From contig CM119263.1 of assembly GCA_051294375.1 (NCBI GenBank), positions 23,397,622 through 23,461,621 on the forward strand: 64,000 nucleotides of DNA. The letters are read 5' to 3'. Within the stretch, counting starts at the first letter, position 1. The number at the start of each line of letters is the position of its first letter. This DNA is from Paraspadella gotoi (taxonomy: Eukaryota > Animalia > Chaetognatha). Shown here one piece after another: positions 13,165-27,341 of this stretch. Made by a program: the position numbers and the translations under genes. The notes under the pieces were generated by a model. That model did not search any database, was not told where the DNA came from, and worked only from the letters and a program-made list of their open reading frames with translations.

Positions 13165-13830
13165 TCTCCCGATCGCTACAAATCTTTTCGTTTCCACTCA
13201 ATCGCAAACAAGCTCATACCCATTTATACCAAGGTCTCTCAGCTTTCACCCAATCGCTACCAAACTCTCGCAGCTTCCACGCAATCGCTACCAAGCTCCT
13301 CAGCAGCTTCGCACAGGGTCATCGCGACGCAAAGCATCTCGCAAGCTTCCACGCAATCCGCGAGCGCCAGCTCTCAGCAGCTATTCCATGCAATCGCCGA
13401 CGCCAAGCCTCGTCGCAGCTTCCAACGGCAATCGCAGGAGGAAGCACCTGCTCGCAGCTTCCACCCGTAATCACTTGAACGCACAAGACTCTCTTCATCG
13501 GGCTTCGCACCGTAATCCGCTACCCGGCAAGCTCGAGTGCGCCAGCTCGCACGCAATCGGACCAAGTCTCTCGCTAGCTTCCACGCAAGTCGCGACCCTA
13601 AAGCTCTCGCAGCTTCCACCTAAACTCACTACCGGCCAAGCTCTCGGCAGCTTCCACAGCAATCGCCGACCAACGCTCTCGTGCAGCTCTCCACCTTCTA
13701 TATTTCGCTACCAGCTCTTCTATGTCTCTCACTTCTCTAAGTCGCTACTCAAGCTCTCTGCAGCTTTCCTACGGTTCAATCGCAGACCCGAAGCTCTCGC
13801 AGCTTCCACGCAATCGCTACCAAGCTCCCG
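13165..13830. repeat. Minisatellite, ~31-bp unit CAATCGCTACCAAGCTCTCGCAGCTTCCACG, roughly 20 noisy copies
   Basis: Recurrent aatcgctaccaagctc / gcagcttccacgc with scattered indels. Confidence 0.85.
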
Positions 13831-13943
13831 CTCCCGTTCCGCCCGGAGAAATCGTAAACAAATCCCGTTCACACAGGACGTAAACCGGAGACGGCGGAAG
13901 ACCAAGGACGAGTGTTTTTTGTTTACGAAATCCGAATTCCGCG

Positions 13944-14026
<83 letters not shown>

Positions 14027-14461
14027 AAAATATTTCGGTCAAAGTCGCTCGAGGTTTTTTTTTATTTAAAATTTTGCCTGATTTTGTTTTGAATTTTTTT
14101 TTTATTGATCCCCAAAGTTTCCGGGGGCAAAGGTCAAATACTTAAGGTTTTTATGCTGAATGATAAGAGCGTAAAGAAATAATTAAGAGGTTATAATATA
14201 ATATTTAGTATATAATATAATTTATATATAAGTTTAATGGCTCATCAAAATTGCTTTGTAAAAATTACTCAAAAACAGGACTTAACTTACATAACGAAAA
14301 AAGACTGACAATCACAGTTACAAATGTAAACGGTATATAACGATTTTATTCTCTCTCAATACCTTTAAACCTTAAACGAAAACCAGAACAGAAAAAATTC
14401 TAAACTTTGAACGAAAAATGTGACTCTGTAACTTCGACGCGTTGACGGTGAGATTCGACGA

Positions 14462-14547
14462 GTCACGTGATCGCAGTCGAGACCGCGCGCGCGAAACGAG
14501 GAGAGAGAGATTGACCGGTCACGTGAGAAGTCGTCCGAAGTCACGTG
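14462..14547. promoter_or_regulatory. Cluster of three GTCACGTG(A) E-boxes (CLEAR/USF/MiT-TFE type) in a CpG-rich patch
   Basis: GTCACGTGA at 14462 and 14518, GTCACGTG at 14540; TCAGCTGA at 14591. Confidence 0.4.
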
Positions 14548-15563
14548 TTCGGCGAAGGAAGGATTTTTGTTTTGACTCGCTCTTCCTCCGTCAGCTGACT
14601 TGAAAGGCGGCGTAGGAGGGAGAGCGAGACGGAGCAAGACGGAGAGAGAGAGAGAATGAGGTGAAAGGAGAAGGAGCAAAAGTTGAGAAGGTAAGGAGGA
14701 AGAAGAAAGAAAAGGGAAGATTAAAAGGGAGACCGGAACAATATTCTTCGAATAACTCAACTGCCGATACGATTAGAGAGACGAAGAAAAGTTACTGAGG
14801 CGGATGATCAATTTTACGTACATAAAAATTAAAATCGCTGAAAATGAATTAGCAAAGACTGAGCCAAGACATTTGCCCGCGAAAACATGAATTGACGCCT
14901 TAAATTGATGATACTTTCTGGAATTATTCGCATCAAAAGTAAAAGTTTTAAGATAAAAATTGTCACATTGGAATCAAAATATATTTTCGTATAAAAAAAC
15001 ACATAAAATTAAAGTCACCAAAAAAGATTAATTTGAAGAGAATCGACGATTTAATTTTGATTTTATTTTAATTCAGTTTTTTTTTTCGGCCGGACATTTT
15101 TAATGTGCGAGGGGCAAAATTTTNNNNNNNNNNNNNNNNNNNNNNNNNNNNNNNNNNNNNNNNNNNNNNNNNNNNNNNNNNNNNNNNNNNNNNNNNNNNN
15201 NNNNNNNNNNNNNNNNNNNNNNNNNNNNNNNNNNNNNNNNNNNNNNNNNNNNNNNNNNNNNNNNNNNNNNNNNNNNNNNNNAAAAAAAAAAAAAAAAAAA
15301 ATTGATGAAAAAAGGGAGACTTTTTTTCGTTAATTCTTTTAATCTTTTGAAAAAAATTGATTCGGGAGGGAATTTTTTTACGATTTAATTCAAATCCAAA
15401 GAAACAAAAAAAAGGGGAGAGAAAAAAAAATCATCGTTTGAAAACGTAAATCGGTGAAAAAAAAAACTAAGTCGAAAGACGGAAAAAAAATAAAGACTCA
15501 ACGGAGTGAGAGAAGTTGGAAAATACATAGAGAGAGAAAGAGACTTACGCTGCCGAGATATTT

Positions 15564-15623
<60 letters not shown>

Positions 15624-16331
15624 TATTGGAGCTGTTCAATACATCATCCTCTCTCTCTCCCGAGATCGAAATCGAAGAGCGAAAATTTCGGAAGGGGAAT
15701 GATTCTCTGCTGGCAAGCGGGGTGTAGAAGGGCGCTCAGACGACCGAGGTTTTATATTTCATCATTTAGACTTAATGTTATAACTTCTAACTAAGAGTTT
15801 TATAATTGATAAAAAAAAATTATTTTCTAAATTTCCATAATTCAATGAAAAAACTTTTTTTAATCTTTTTAAAAAAAATTAAATTAATAAAAAAACTTTT
15901 CAATCACTAATGTTCTATTTTTTAAGAAGGTTGTCATTAATCATTCCGTCTCTATTTACCAAAGCCATAGAATTAAGACAAGGCAAAGGAATGCTTGAGT
16001 GGCTGCATCCCAACAACGTGAATGAGCGCTAATCCCCTGCGAAACAATGGTCCTCATGAAGTGGCCGTATTTCAAAGTCATGTGAAACAGGAATAGTTGG
16101 CTTTCATAAAGGTTTGGAGAGTTAGCGTTACGTAATTTTTTGTATAGAATTAAAATAGTAATTTTTAAAACTTTGACAATCGAAATTAAAAGTTTGAGAC
16201 TCTTCCCGATCCCTTTCCTCTGTCGATGGCTTTGATCAATATTGTGTCAGCAGATGATTGATTGATTATTGGAAGTCTGAGTAGCAGACAGAGAGAGAGA
16301 GAGAAAGAGTAGACGAATAGACGAAAAAATT

Positions 16332-16435
<104 letters not shown>

Positions 16436-16860
16436 AAAGGGCAGCAGCTCCATGGGTCGACCGAGCCATTGGTTATTAGATGGGCGACCATCGGGTGTCT
16501 CTCTCTCTCTCTCTCTGTTTTTTTGTCGTTCTCTTTTTCTCATTTGGCTCCGTCTCTCTCCTTGGATGGAAAAAAAGGGAAAAAAGTAAAAACAGGAAAC
16601 ACGACAAAGAGAAAATAAAAAAGTTATACATCGAATTTGGAGAGAAATAATGAAACTTAAAGATCAACTTTGAAAAACAAAAGAACCTCTTTTCTTATAC
16701 ACGAACAAGAGAGAGAGANNNNNNNNNNNNNNNNNNNNNNNNNNNNNNNNNNNNNNNNNNNNNNNNNNNNNNNNNNNNNNNNNNNNNNNNNNNNNNNNNN
16801 NNNNNNNNNNNNNNNNNNNNNNNNNNNNNNNNNNNNNNNNNNNNNNNNNNNNNNNNNNNN

Positions 16861-16894
<34 letters not shown>

Positions 16895-17309
16895 GAAAAA
16901 CATTACGAAAAAAAATAAAAACGGTTCGAATATTTTGTTTTGAAATCGATTTTTAGGATTTATTTTCGTTCGATGTTTTATTCAGGCAAAGGGAACGACG
17001 ACGACAGCGCCGACGATGAGGACGAGGACGAAACGACGACGACGGCGAAACGACGACGACGACGAAACGACGACGATGAGCTGGGATGTTCGAATGTTTA
17101 TCGAAGGGAAAAAGAATCGCGAGGAAAATCGATACAATCGATTAAAACGAGAAAATGGATAAAACGGCGAAAAAATCGATGGGGAGGAGGAAGAGGAGGA
17201 GGAAGAAGAGGAGGAAGAGGAATCATGAGACGACGATTCTCAAGGATGATGACGACGATTAATTGACAATGATTGTTACAATGATGACGACGACGACGAC
17301 GGCCACCGG

Positions 17310-17349
<40 letters not shown>

Positions 17350-17459
17350 ACGGGGACGGCCTCGAAAAACACTGACGAAATTGACGAAGTAAAAAAAATT
17401 TACGACTCATGGAAAACGAGTTTACGAAAGTTTTATGACGAAAGTTTTTATATCCCGAA

Positions 17460-17514
<55 letters not shown>

Positions 17515-17929
17515 AGAGACGAAGAATCAAATACAGAGTCCTCGGATTAGAGAAGCAAAAGAGATAAAGGAGATCGAAAGTCTAAAGAAATAGAAATAAA
17601 AGGAAAATAAATAAAATGAAAAGAGAAAAGAGAGAGAGGGAGAGAGAGAGAGAGAGAGACGGAGAGGGAGAACGCGCAGGGACATAAAAAAAACTAAAAG
17701 AAAAAAAAAATCAGCAGCGAAGAAAAACATCAAAATAATGGAGACAATTTTTGTTGTCGTCGTCGTCGTCGACATTCTCGTTGGAATGTAAAGAAATCGA
17801 GCCGCGTATCGAATTCTGACGTTTCTTCACGTCAAGGTATTGACGACGACGACGATAACGACGATTATAGCGACGACGACGATTCACGTGAAAGCTCGTC
17901 CTTTCGCGCTCCGGCCCAAACACGCGCGC

Positions 17930-18057
<128 letters not shown>

Positions 18058-19684
18058 CACGAGAGATGCTCGAAACAGAGCAACAAGGAAGGAGATTCGT
18101 GAAATTTGGTGAATGATCTGAGACAACGTGACTTCGATCAGAAAAAAAAAGAGAAGGAAGAGCGGGAGGAAGAGGAGGCGGAGCAGGATGAGGAGGAGGA
18201 GGTGTAAAGGAGGAGGAGGAAGAGGAAGAGGAGGAGAATTCAAAAAGTGGAAGAGGAGGACAATGTTTGGCCCCAAAATCGGCAGAGGTGAAGACGAGAG
18301 AGACAGAGAGAGAAAGAGAGAGAAGGTGGTAAATTCGAATTTGCATAAAATTGAATTAAAGTTGGCGCGCGACGTGTTGTCAGGTTCGCGCGCAGGCGAG
18401 AAAGACTGACAAAAGGGAGGGACTCAAATGTATAAACGGATCGATGGACAGGTGAAATATAAAAAAAGGCAAGAGAGGGGATCGAAAAAAAAAATGTGAC
18501 GAGACAGTTTTCATTCATTTTCGCTCGAAATCGATTTGATAACGAGAATGAAAGATTGAATGGATTTTGTGTCGAAAGCGATCATAATAAAGGATAACGT
18601 TATACTCGCACAACTAAATATAAAGCGCATTAACGTTTCAACATGCAGTTTTCTGTGCTAAAGTTTTCAAGTGAAATGTATATATCTATTTTCAAACTAT
18701 TTTACTCTGTTTCGATAGAATAAAATTTAAAATAATATTTTTAACCTAAAAGAAATTCTATGGTTTTCAGTTCAAGGCAGCTTGAATATTCCGAGGCTTT
18801 CAATTTTCAATTTTCAATATTGTATCTTTTTTTGGCCTTTTTTCGGCGTTTGAATCCGAAAATAAAACATGAAAAGAAAAATTTCGGATTTGAGCTCCTC
18901 TCTCTCTCTCTCTCNNNNNNNNNNNNNNNNNNNNNNNNNNNNNNNNNNNNNNNNNNNNNNNNNNNNNNNNNNNNNNNNNNNNNNNNNNNNNNNNNNNNNN
19001 NNNNNNNNNNNNNNNNNNNNNNNNNNNNNNNNNNNNNNNNNNNNNNNNNNNNNNNNNNNNNNNNNNNNNNNNNNNNNNNNNNNNNNNNNNNNNNNNNNNN
19101 NNNNNNNNNNNNNNNNNNNNNNNNNNNNNNNNNNNNNNNNNNNNNNNNNNNNNNNNNNNNNNNNNNNNNNNNNNNNNNNNNNNNNNNNNNNNNNNNTTTT
19201 CTTTTTAATTTCCTTCTTTCCTCCTCATCGGATGAGTCCCGAATCTCGAGGCTCACGGCGCCGAGTTAGGATAAAGGGAAAGAAGAAAAGGAGAAAGAAA
19301 AGGGAAAAAAAAGAAAAGAAAAGGGGAAACGAGAGAGAAAAGAAAAAGGAAAAAGAAATAAAGCCAATAAATCGAATTTCTCTTTTTTTTTCTCTTCTCG
19401 TTGGAAAAGCGCAGCCTTGGATTTGAATCGATGAAATTTATTGCCATTTGACTCGAGTTCGTCTGCTGCAGAGAAAACGTGTCCCTGACGCGAGAGAGAG
19501 AGAGATGGGGGGAGCGAGAGAGAGAGAGAGAGAAAGAGAGAAAGAGATNNNNNNNNNNNNNNNNNNNNNNNNNNNNNNNNNNNNNNNNNNNNNNNNNNNN
19601 NNNNNNNNNNNNNNNNNNNNNNNNNNNNNNNNNNNNNNNNNNNNNNNNNNNNNNNNNNNNNNNNNNNNNNNNNNNNNNNNNNNN

Positions 19685-19720
<36 letters not shown>

Positions 19721-22700
19721 TTAGGAAACGGTGATAGAAGAGGAACATTGGTGAACCGTGGTGGAGGCGTGAAGGAAAAATAAAAAGGGAGNNNNNNNNN
19801 NTAAACATAAAGAAGTAAAAGATAAGATCGACATGGTGCGGTGGTGCCCTCGCCCCTGACTCATATCGTAGTCTTCGAATAACAAAACATCCCACAGTTG
19901 CTTTCGCGCCCAAAAATACTATTTTTTTTCTTTGACGGAGCGAGAGCCGATATCTTGATTGATCGTTCCCGTCGCTATTGATAACTAGTTTATAAATACT
20001 AATCCGAGTAATTAAAATCGTTTGTCAGTTTTATCTCCGCGTCGACCGACTTCCAAGAAACGAACTAGATCCGTTAACATTTCCCAAAATCTAGTCTATG
20101 TTTATTGACAGGAAATTGTTTTGGATCTTTTTCTTTCTTTTTTTTTTCTCGGCTCGAAAGTCGAACGTAAATCAATTGACGAGAAAAACAGATGGGTTTT
20201 TGTAATTGATACTCGAAAAAAGAATGACAAGACTAATAAAAAAAAAAATAGTTTGTGTGGGATGAGTGAACTATTTTCATTAAAAATTATAAAACGAAAC
20301 AAAAATGTAGGTGGCTATAGTTTTAGACTGGTGACAGCAGATAGTAGATAGTAGATAGTAGATACCGTAGATACAGATACAGTAGATACAGTAGATTAAA
20401 AAAAAATTTTTTTAAGGACGATATTGCCAATTATGATCACGTTTGAAATTAGGTCGACCAAGCAGTATCCATTTGTAAACTCTTGTATTTAAACCCATTT
20501 TTCTCTATTAAATAAAGAAGCCTCACTTCTAAAAAAAAAAAAAAGAAGAAAAAGAATTTCCCGGACCGAAAACGGAGACTCATTTTAACAGGGTCGAACC
20601 AAACGCCGACTGCAGCATCAATAGTCATAACTTTCATAACATTCCTGGCGCAGGAGCGGCGGGCGCAGCGACTGCGNNNNNNNNNNNNNNNNNNNNNNNN
20701 NNNNNNNNNNNNNNNNNNNNNNNNNNNNNNNNNNNNNNNNNNNNNNNNNNNNNNNNNNNNNNNNNNNNNNNNNNNNNNNNNNNNNNNNNNNNNNNNNNNN
20801 NNNNNNNNNNNNNNNNNNNNNNNNNNNNNNNNNNNNNNNNNNNNNNNNNNNNNNNNNNNNNNNNNNNNNNNNNNNNNNNNNNNNNNNNNNNNNNNNNNNN
20901 NNNNNNNNNNNNNNNNNNNNNNNNNNNNNNNNNNNNNNNNNNNNNNNNNNNNNNNNNNNNNNNNNNNNNNNNNNNNNNNNNNCACACGCCCACCCAAAAT
21001 CCACCGACTCTTTCCCATCTTTTTCCTATGAAATGGCGCCCGTCGAATTTCGAAGATCCGAGATCCAGTTTTTTAAAAGTTCTCGTTGGCGACTTTTTTC
21101 CTTTGGTCCTGTCATGGCCGCGGCGAACGTGGTTGCCGCGGCGAACGTCGTTGCCACGGCGAACACCTTGGCAGCGGCGATCGTCCCTGTGACGACCCGC
21201 GAAGGGACGTTAGAAGATTGTAGTCCAAACGCTGTCTTAATATCTTACGTTAGTTTGGCGGACTTTGATGGCACGGCAAAACAAATTTGTTCAATAAATT
21301 TAGTTATGTTTTCTTATGTTATGTTATATTATGTTATGTTATATTATGTCTCTTTAAATCGTACAAATAGGTGAATTAATAAGAATTAATCATAATTGAT
21401 AATAATTATTGAGAATTAAAGAGAATTAATAAGATGAATGAGAAAGTAGTAACTCTTGTGCTCATCTTTCAGTTACAAGTCTCCAAATTTTTCCCTCTAC
21501 TAATTTTTCGCATCGCAGGACGACCCTCAATCACGTTGTTCACAATCTAATACCAGTGGCACAGGCAAAGTGATCAGCTATTATTCACCAAATAAAACAA
21601 CTGTGACTTTCAAAACCATCACTTTGCTTTAACAGCGTCATCCGACCAACTTCAAAGAGATCAATTCACAAATCGATCCTCGAAGCCACAATCGGACCAC
21701 AAATCCACCATCTGCTCTTAAAACCACCGTCCGCCCACTAAAACCACCATCCGCCCACCAAAAAAACCAAAAAAAAAACCCACCGCTTCCTCTTTTTTTT
21801 TCCTCAGTGCGACTTTAATGCGTTTTTCCCCTCGAGCCTCAGAACCACTTTTCCAAAGTCTTAAATTTTAGGAAGGAATCAATTTTTTTTTCTTTTTCTT
21901 TCTTTTTCTCTTTTTTATTTTTTCCCTTTCTTNNNNNNNNNNNNNNNNNNNNNNNNNNNNNNNNNNNNNNNNNNNNNNNNNNNNNNNNNNNNNNNNNNNN
22001 NNNNNNNNNNNNNNNNNNNNNNNNNNNNNNNNNNNNNNNNNNNNNNNNNNNNNNNNNNNNNNNNNNNNNNNNNNNNNNNNNNNNNNNNNNNNNNNNNNNN
22101 NNNNNNNNNNNNNNNNNNNNNNNNNNNNNNNNNNNNNNNNNNNNNNNNNNNNNNNNNNNNNNNNNNNNNNNNNNNNNNNNNNNNNNNNNNNNNNNNNNNN
22201 NNNNNNNNNNNNNNNNNNNNNNNNNNNNNNNNNNNNNNNNNNNNNNNNNNNNNNNNNNNNNNNNNNNNNNNNNNNNNNNNNNNNNNNNNNNNNNNNNNNA
22301 AAAAATGAGAAAAAGGGAAAATGCGAAATATCGAAGATGAAAACAAAAGTGATTTCGATCAAAGAAAATGGATGTGGACTGGAAACGCGGGATTAAAAGA
22401 AAGAAGGAAAATCTAAAAAAAAGGAAGAAAGGAATTACGAAAAAGGAATAAATATAGTTTGACAAAATGAAGATGTACCGAGTGAAAAAAAATTAAATGT
22501 TGAATTTGAAAAAAACGAAGAAAAAATAATGGGAAATAGATATTTAGAAAAAAAATATAGAACAAAAATTTGATAGAATTAAATATAAAATTAAAAAGCT
22601 GTACTAAAAAAGTAAGATGTAAATTAAAAAAAAAAAGGAATTAATGATAAAGAAATTCAAAAAAAGAGGAAAATAGAATAAAAAAGAAAAAAAGAAAAAG

Positions 22701-23480
22701 AAATGATCAGCTTGAGTCATGAATCGCGAGGTTTTTGTCTCGATCAAATCCACGACAAAAATGGCGACGAATAAATAAAAGATGACGACAACAACAACAA
22801 CAAAGAAAAAACCCAACAACGAAAACATCGACTTGAGAAATCAACAACAACAACAACAAGAACCTCGACGACGACGAGACCAAATAAGGAATAAAAAAAC
22901 AAATACATAGGCGGCGACGACGACGACAACTACGACGACGGTGATGTTAATGATTATGGAATTTTTAGGATGATACAACCGACGATTCAATTCGATAAAA
23001 TTATACTTTCCAATACGACGTCGACGACGACGACGACGACGATGATGACGACGTCTAAAACAAAGCTACGATGAAAGTCGCTTTCGATTTTACGAGTTTT
23101 GGAGACGAGGCGTAGCTCTATATTAGTCAGCCAAGATAAATCTCTCTCGATGATACATTTAACCAAAAAAAAAAATATTGATAATNNNNNNNNNNNNNNN
23201 NNNNNNNNNNNNNNNNNNNNNNNNNNNNNNNNNNNNNNNNNNNNNNNNNNNNNNNNNNNNNNNNNNNNNNNNNNNNNNNNNNNNNNNNNNNNNNNNNNNN
23301 NNNNNNNNNNNNNNNNNNNNNNNNNNNNNNNNNNNNNNNNNNNNNNNNNNNNNNNNNAGTCGGTGATTGATCGGGGTTCGAACCAGGATCGATTCCGCCC
23401 GAACGAAAAAGGCGCGACGGATGAAGAAATTAAAAAGAAGGGGAAGAGATGGAAGGGAAATGGAAAGAAAAAAAGAAAAA

Positions 23481-23481
23481 G

Positions 23482-23550
<69 letters not shown>
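23481..23550. repeat. (GAAA)n microsatellite
   Basis: Directly visible. Confidence 0.95.
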
Positions 23551-23551
<1 letters not shown>

Positions 23552-23898
23552 GAAGTAAAGATTAATGAAATCACAGCAACAAGAGAAGGAGATTTAAACC
23601 CAAGAAATAAACAAATGTTTGTAAAAATAATGGGGTAAAAAAGTTAAAGAAGGAAGTCAGTCAACCAAATCGTGAGGCGATCCTTTATTGGGAGAAGGAA
23701 AGGAAAGAAAGAGAGGAAGGTTGCCAAATTTATGAGGTAAGCCATTATTGATGAGAGGATTTGGAGGCCTCGGCGGCGGCGGCGGCGGCGGCAGCAGCGG
23801 CGGCGGATTTTGTTCGCGTCCCTTGGGGCGTTTCGCGTATCAATCGGGGAGAAATATCGAATCTTTCATAATTTATATTGCAAATAGAGAGAGAGTGA

Positions 23899-23948
<50 letters not shown>

Positions 23949-26900
23949 GAGAGTGAGAGAGACAAAATGTGAAAAAAAGTAAAACAAATATATCCTTAAG
24001 TTTAGGTGAAAAAGCAGAAATTCTATGTAAAAAAGTTTCGGACGAAAAACCCAAAAACCGAAAAAGGCGTCGACAACGAAAAAGAAAAAATCTCGATTTG
24101 GATTTAAAGATTTTTTATTGAAAATCGAAAAACAAAATAAAACAAAATAAAATTTAAAAAAAGGGGGAAATATTCACGAGTCCGAACTTAGAAAAGGAGA
24201 AAAAGAAATAAACGGGAAAAAGGGTCTGGATCGACCCCGACCCTCGAGGCCATTTTCAGGTTGGATCACCGATCGTCGTCGTCTTCGTCGTCGTCACTGT
24301 TATTAATACAAAGACGCTGATTTATGGGCACCGAAGCTTTGGAGAGTTTTTAAAAATCCCGCGCCACAAAAAGATTAAAACGGGACAAAAACCGTCAGAG
24401 CGGTCTTAAGACGGGAATTGATGAGGGCCGATCATCGGTCGAGGATGAGGAGGAGGGGGTGGAAGAGGAGGAGGAGGAGAAGGAGGCCGTGATGGTGGAA
24501 CGGGTGGGGAGTATGGATGTGAGCGGGAGTGAATCGTCGTGAGGATTTATGCGAAGACTACCGAGAATTTAAAAAAAAAAAGAGAGAAGAGAAGTTCACA
24601 GGAGTGAAACTTGAGAGAAGTGAAGGCTCGTGAAGTCAATGGAAGTGGGGAGGGGAGGAGGGGAGATAAGAGGAGTGGATAGAGAGGAGTGAGGTTTGAT
24701 GAGAAACGTGAAAGTCTTGCGAGCCACAAGCAGATCTGAGTCGCTTCCCTTTTTAGGTTTTGTTTTCAGTTGTAATTTGTTTTGACTTGTGAGAAGAAAC
24801 CGAAGAAAATAGCGTAAGATGAGTGGAGTGTCGACGATGACGACGACGACGACGAAAGTCACGTTAAAATGGATCAATGCAGTTTGTGTAAAAAAATTGC
24901 TGTGATATGGAGGAGACGACGAGGAAAGTGAGATGGAGTGGAGCACTGGAGCAGTGGAGCAGTGGTTGAGGAGTTGAAGAAGAGGCTGGGTAGGAGTCGA
25001 AGAGAGGTGGTTTGGAAATTAGGGAACAGGAGTTGAGATCCAAAAGACCGGAACGGAGATGCTCGCCCGATTTCAACATCGACGAACGCATAAACAGACG
25101 ACGATTGAAAAAAGGAGGAAAAATGGGGAAAAAAAGGGAGGAAAGAGAAAGAAAAAGAGGAAGGAAAAATGGGGGAAAAAAGGAAGGAAAGAGAAAGAAA
25201 AAGAGGAAGGAAAAATGGAGAAAAGTTAAACGTGAAATATTTTCACTGATGCTGCGTCGTGGAGCTGAGCGGTTGAGGAATTCGGGGAAATGAACTTGAG
25301 TTTTAAATTAGAAGTTGAGATGAGCTGAGAGTTAGTGAAGATGAAAAACTATGAAGATGATGTAATAATATAAATGAAAGACATAAACTGATATACATAT
25401 ACCATATAACCCGGCACAATGTAAAAAAATAAGGATAACGGTTGAGTTCGGCATTGGGAATACATCACATCAGATGTTTAAATGAGCCTAAAGATGATGA
25501 GATGATATAATCTCAGGCGAGTAGTTGAGATGAGATGTCAGGAGAGGAGACGAAGCCGAGGAGTCGAGCAGAATTGATGATTTTCGATCCAACTTCTTTC
25601 TCTAACAGTTGGAATCGTCTTAAGTGGGCCGAAAGGCATTAAAGATTTATGTGAAGTTAAAAGAAGATCTTTTCAATCGCAAAAAAAAAAGAAAGAAAAA
25701 GATGAAGATTTTTTTTTTATTTCCCAAAAAGCAGAAACGAAAAAAAAATTACGGAGACTAAAAAAAATTTCGTTCATTTTTAGATTGGAAAAANNNNNNN
25801 NNNNNNNNNNNNNNNNNNNNNNNNNNNNNNNNNNNNNNNNNNNNNNNNNNNNNNNNNNNNNNNNNNNNNNNNNNNNNNNNNNNNNNNNNNNNNNNNNNNN
25901 NNNNNNNNNNNNNNNNNNNNNNNNNNNNNNNNNNNNNNNNNNNNNNNNNNNNNNNNNNNNNNNNNNNNNNNNNNNNNNNNNNNNNNNNNNNNNNNNNNNN
26001 NNNNNNNNNNNNNNNNNNNNNNNNNNNNNNNNNNNNNNNNNNNNNNNNNNNNNNNNNNNNNNNNNNNNNNNNNNNNNNNNNNNNNNNNNNNNNNNNNNNN
26101 NNNNNNNNNNNNNNNNNNNNNNNNNNNNNNNNNNNNNNNNNNNNNNNNNNNNNNNNNNNNNNTTTTTTTTTTTTTTTTTGATGAAAAAAAAATCTTTTTG
26201 TCAAAATTGATCCTCGCGATCACGTGGCAAAAATGACGTCGGAAGCAAAGGAAGTGGACAAGAATTTTGTCCTCTCTCTCTCTCTCTCTCTCTCAACAGA
26301 AAAACAGATAAAAAAAAAAAATTCGAAAATAAAAGAGAAAAATATTTCTCTCTGTTCATTTCACTTTTCGACATAAAAGTTTTTGTCGATGGCTAAATTG
26401 AAAGATTGAAACCTATGATATTTATGACTTGAAGAGCCGCTGCCCCGGAGGATTTTTCGGCTGCTGCCGTCGTCGCTGCTGCTGCTTCAGCTGCGGCGGA
26501 ACGATGTCGAGCCTTCGGTTGGAAATTACCGACTATCAATGAGAGAGAGAGANNNNNNNNNNNNNNNNNNNNNNNNNNNNNNNNNNNNNNNNNNNNNNNN
26601 NNNNNNNNNNNNNNNNNNNNNNNNNNNNNNNNNNNNNNNNNNNNNNNNNNNNNNNNNNNNNNNNNNNNNNNNNNNNNNNNNNNNNNNNNNNNNNNNNNNN
26701 NNNNNNNNNNNNNNNNNNNNNNNNNNNNNNNNNNNNNNNNNNNNNNNNNNNNNNNNNNNNNNNNNNNNNNNNNNNNNNNNNNNNNNNNNNNNNNNNNNNN
26801 NNNNNNNNNNNNNNNNNNNNNNNNNNNNNNNNNNNNNNNNNNNNNNNNNNNNNNNNNNNNNNNNNNNNNNNNNNNNNNNNNNNNNNNNNNNNNNNNNNNN

Positions 26901-27308
26901 NNNNNNNNNNNNNNNNNNNNNNNNNNNNNNNNNNNNNNNNNNNNNNNNNNNNNNNNNNNNNNNNNNNNNNNNNNNNNNNNNNNNNNNNNNNNNNNNNNNN
27001 NNNNNNNNNNNNNNNNNNNNNNNNNNNNNNNNNNNNNNNNNNNNNNNNNNNNNNNNNNNNNNNNNNNNNNNNNNNNNNNNNNNNNNNNNNNNNNNNNNNN
27101 NNNNNNNNNNNNNNNNNNNNNNNNNNNNNNNNNNNNNNNNNNNNNNNNNNNNNNNNNNNNNNNNNNNNNNNNNNNNNNNNNNNNNNNNNNNNNNNNNNNN
27201 NNNNNNNNNNNNNNNNNNNNNNNNNNNNNNNNNNNNNNNNNNNNNNNNNNNNNNNNNNNNNNNNNNNNNNNNNNNNNNNNNNNNNNNNNNNNNNNNNNNN
27301 NNNNNNNN

Positions 27309-27341
<33 letters not shown>

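Noticed and set aside
13141-13948. Ser/Gln/Ala-rich ORFs
   Set aside because: They derive from the 31-bp minisatellite, whose unit is not a multiple of three.
21033-21374. ORF with AAANVV repeats
   Set aside because: Only a threefold 18-bp repeat running into (TTATG)n, with no convincing splice pair or domain.
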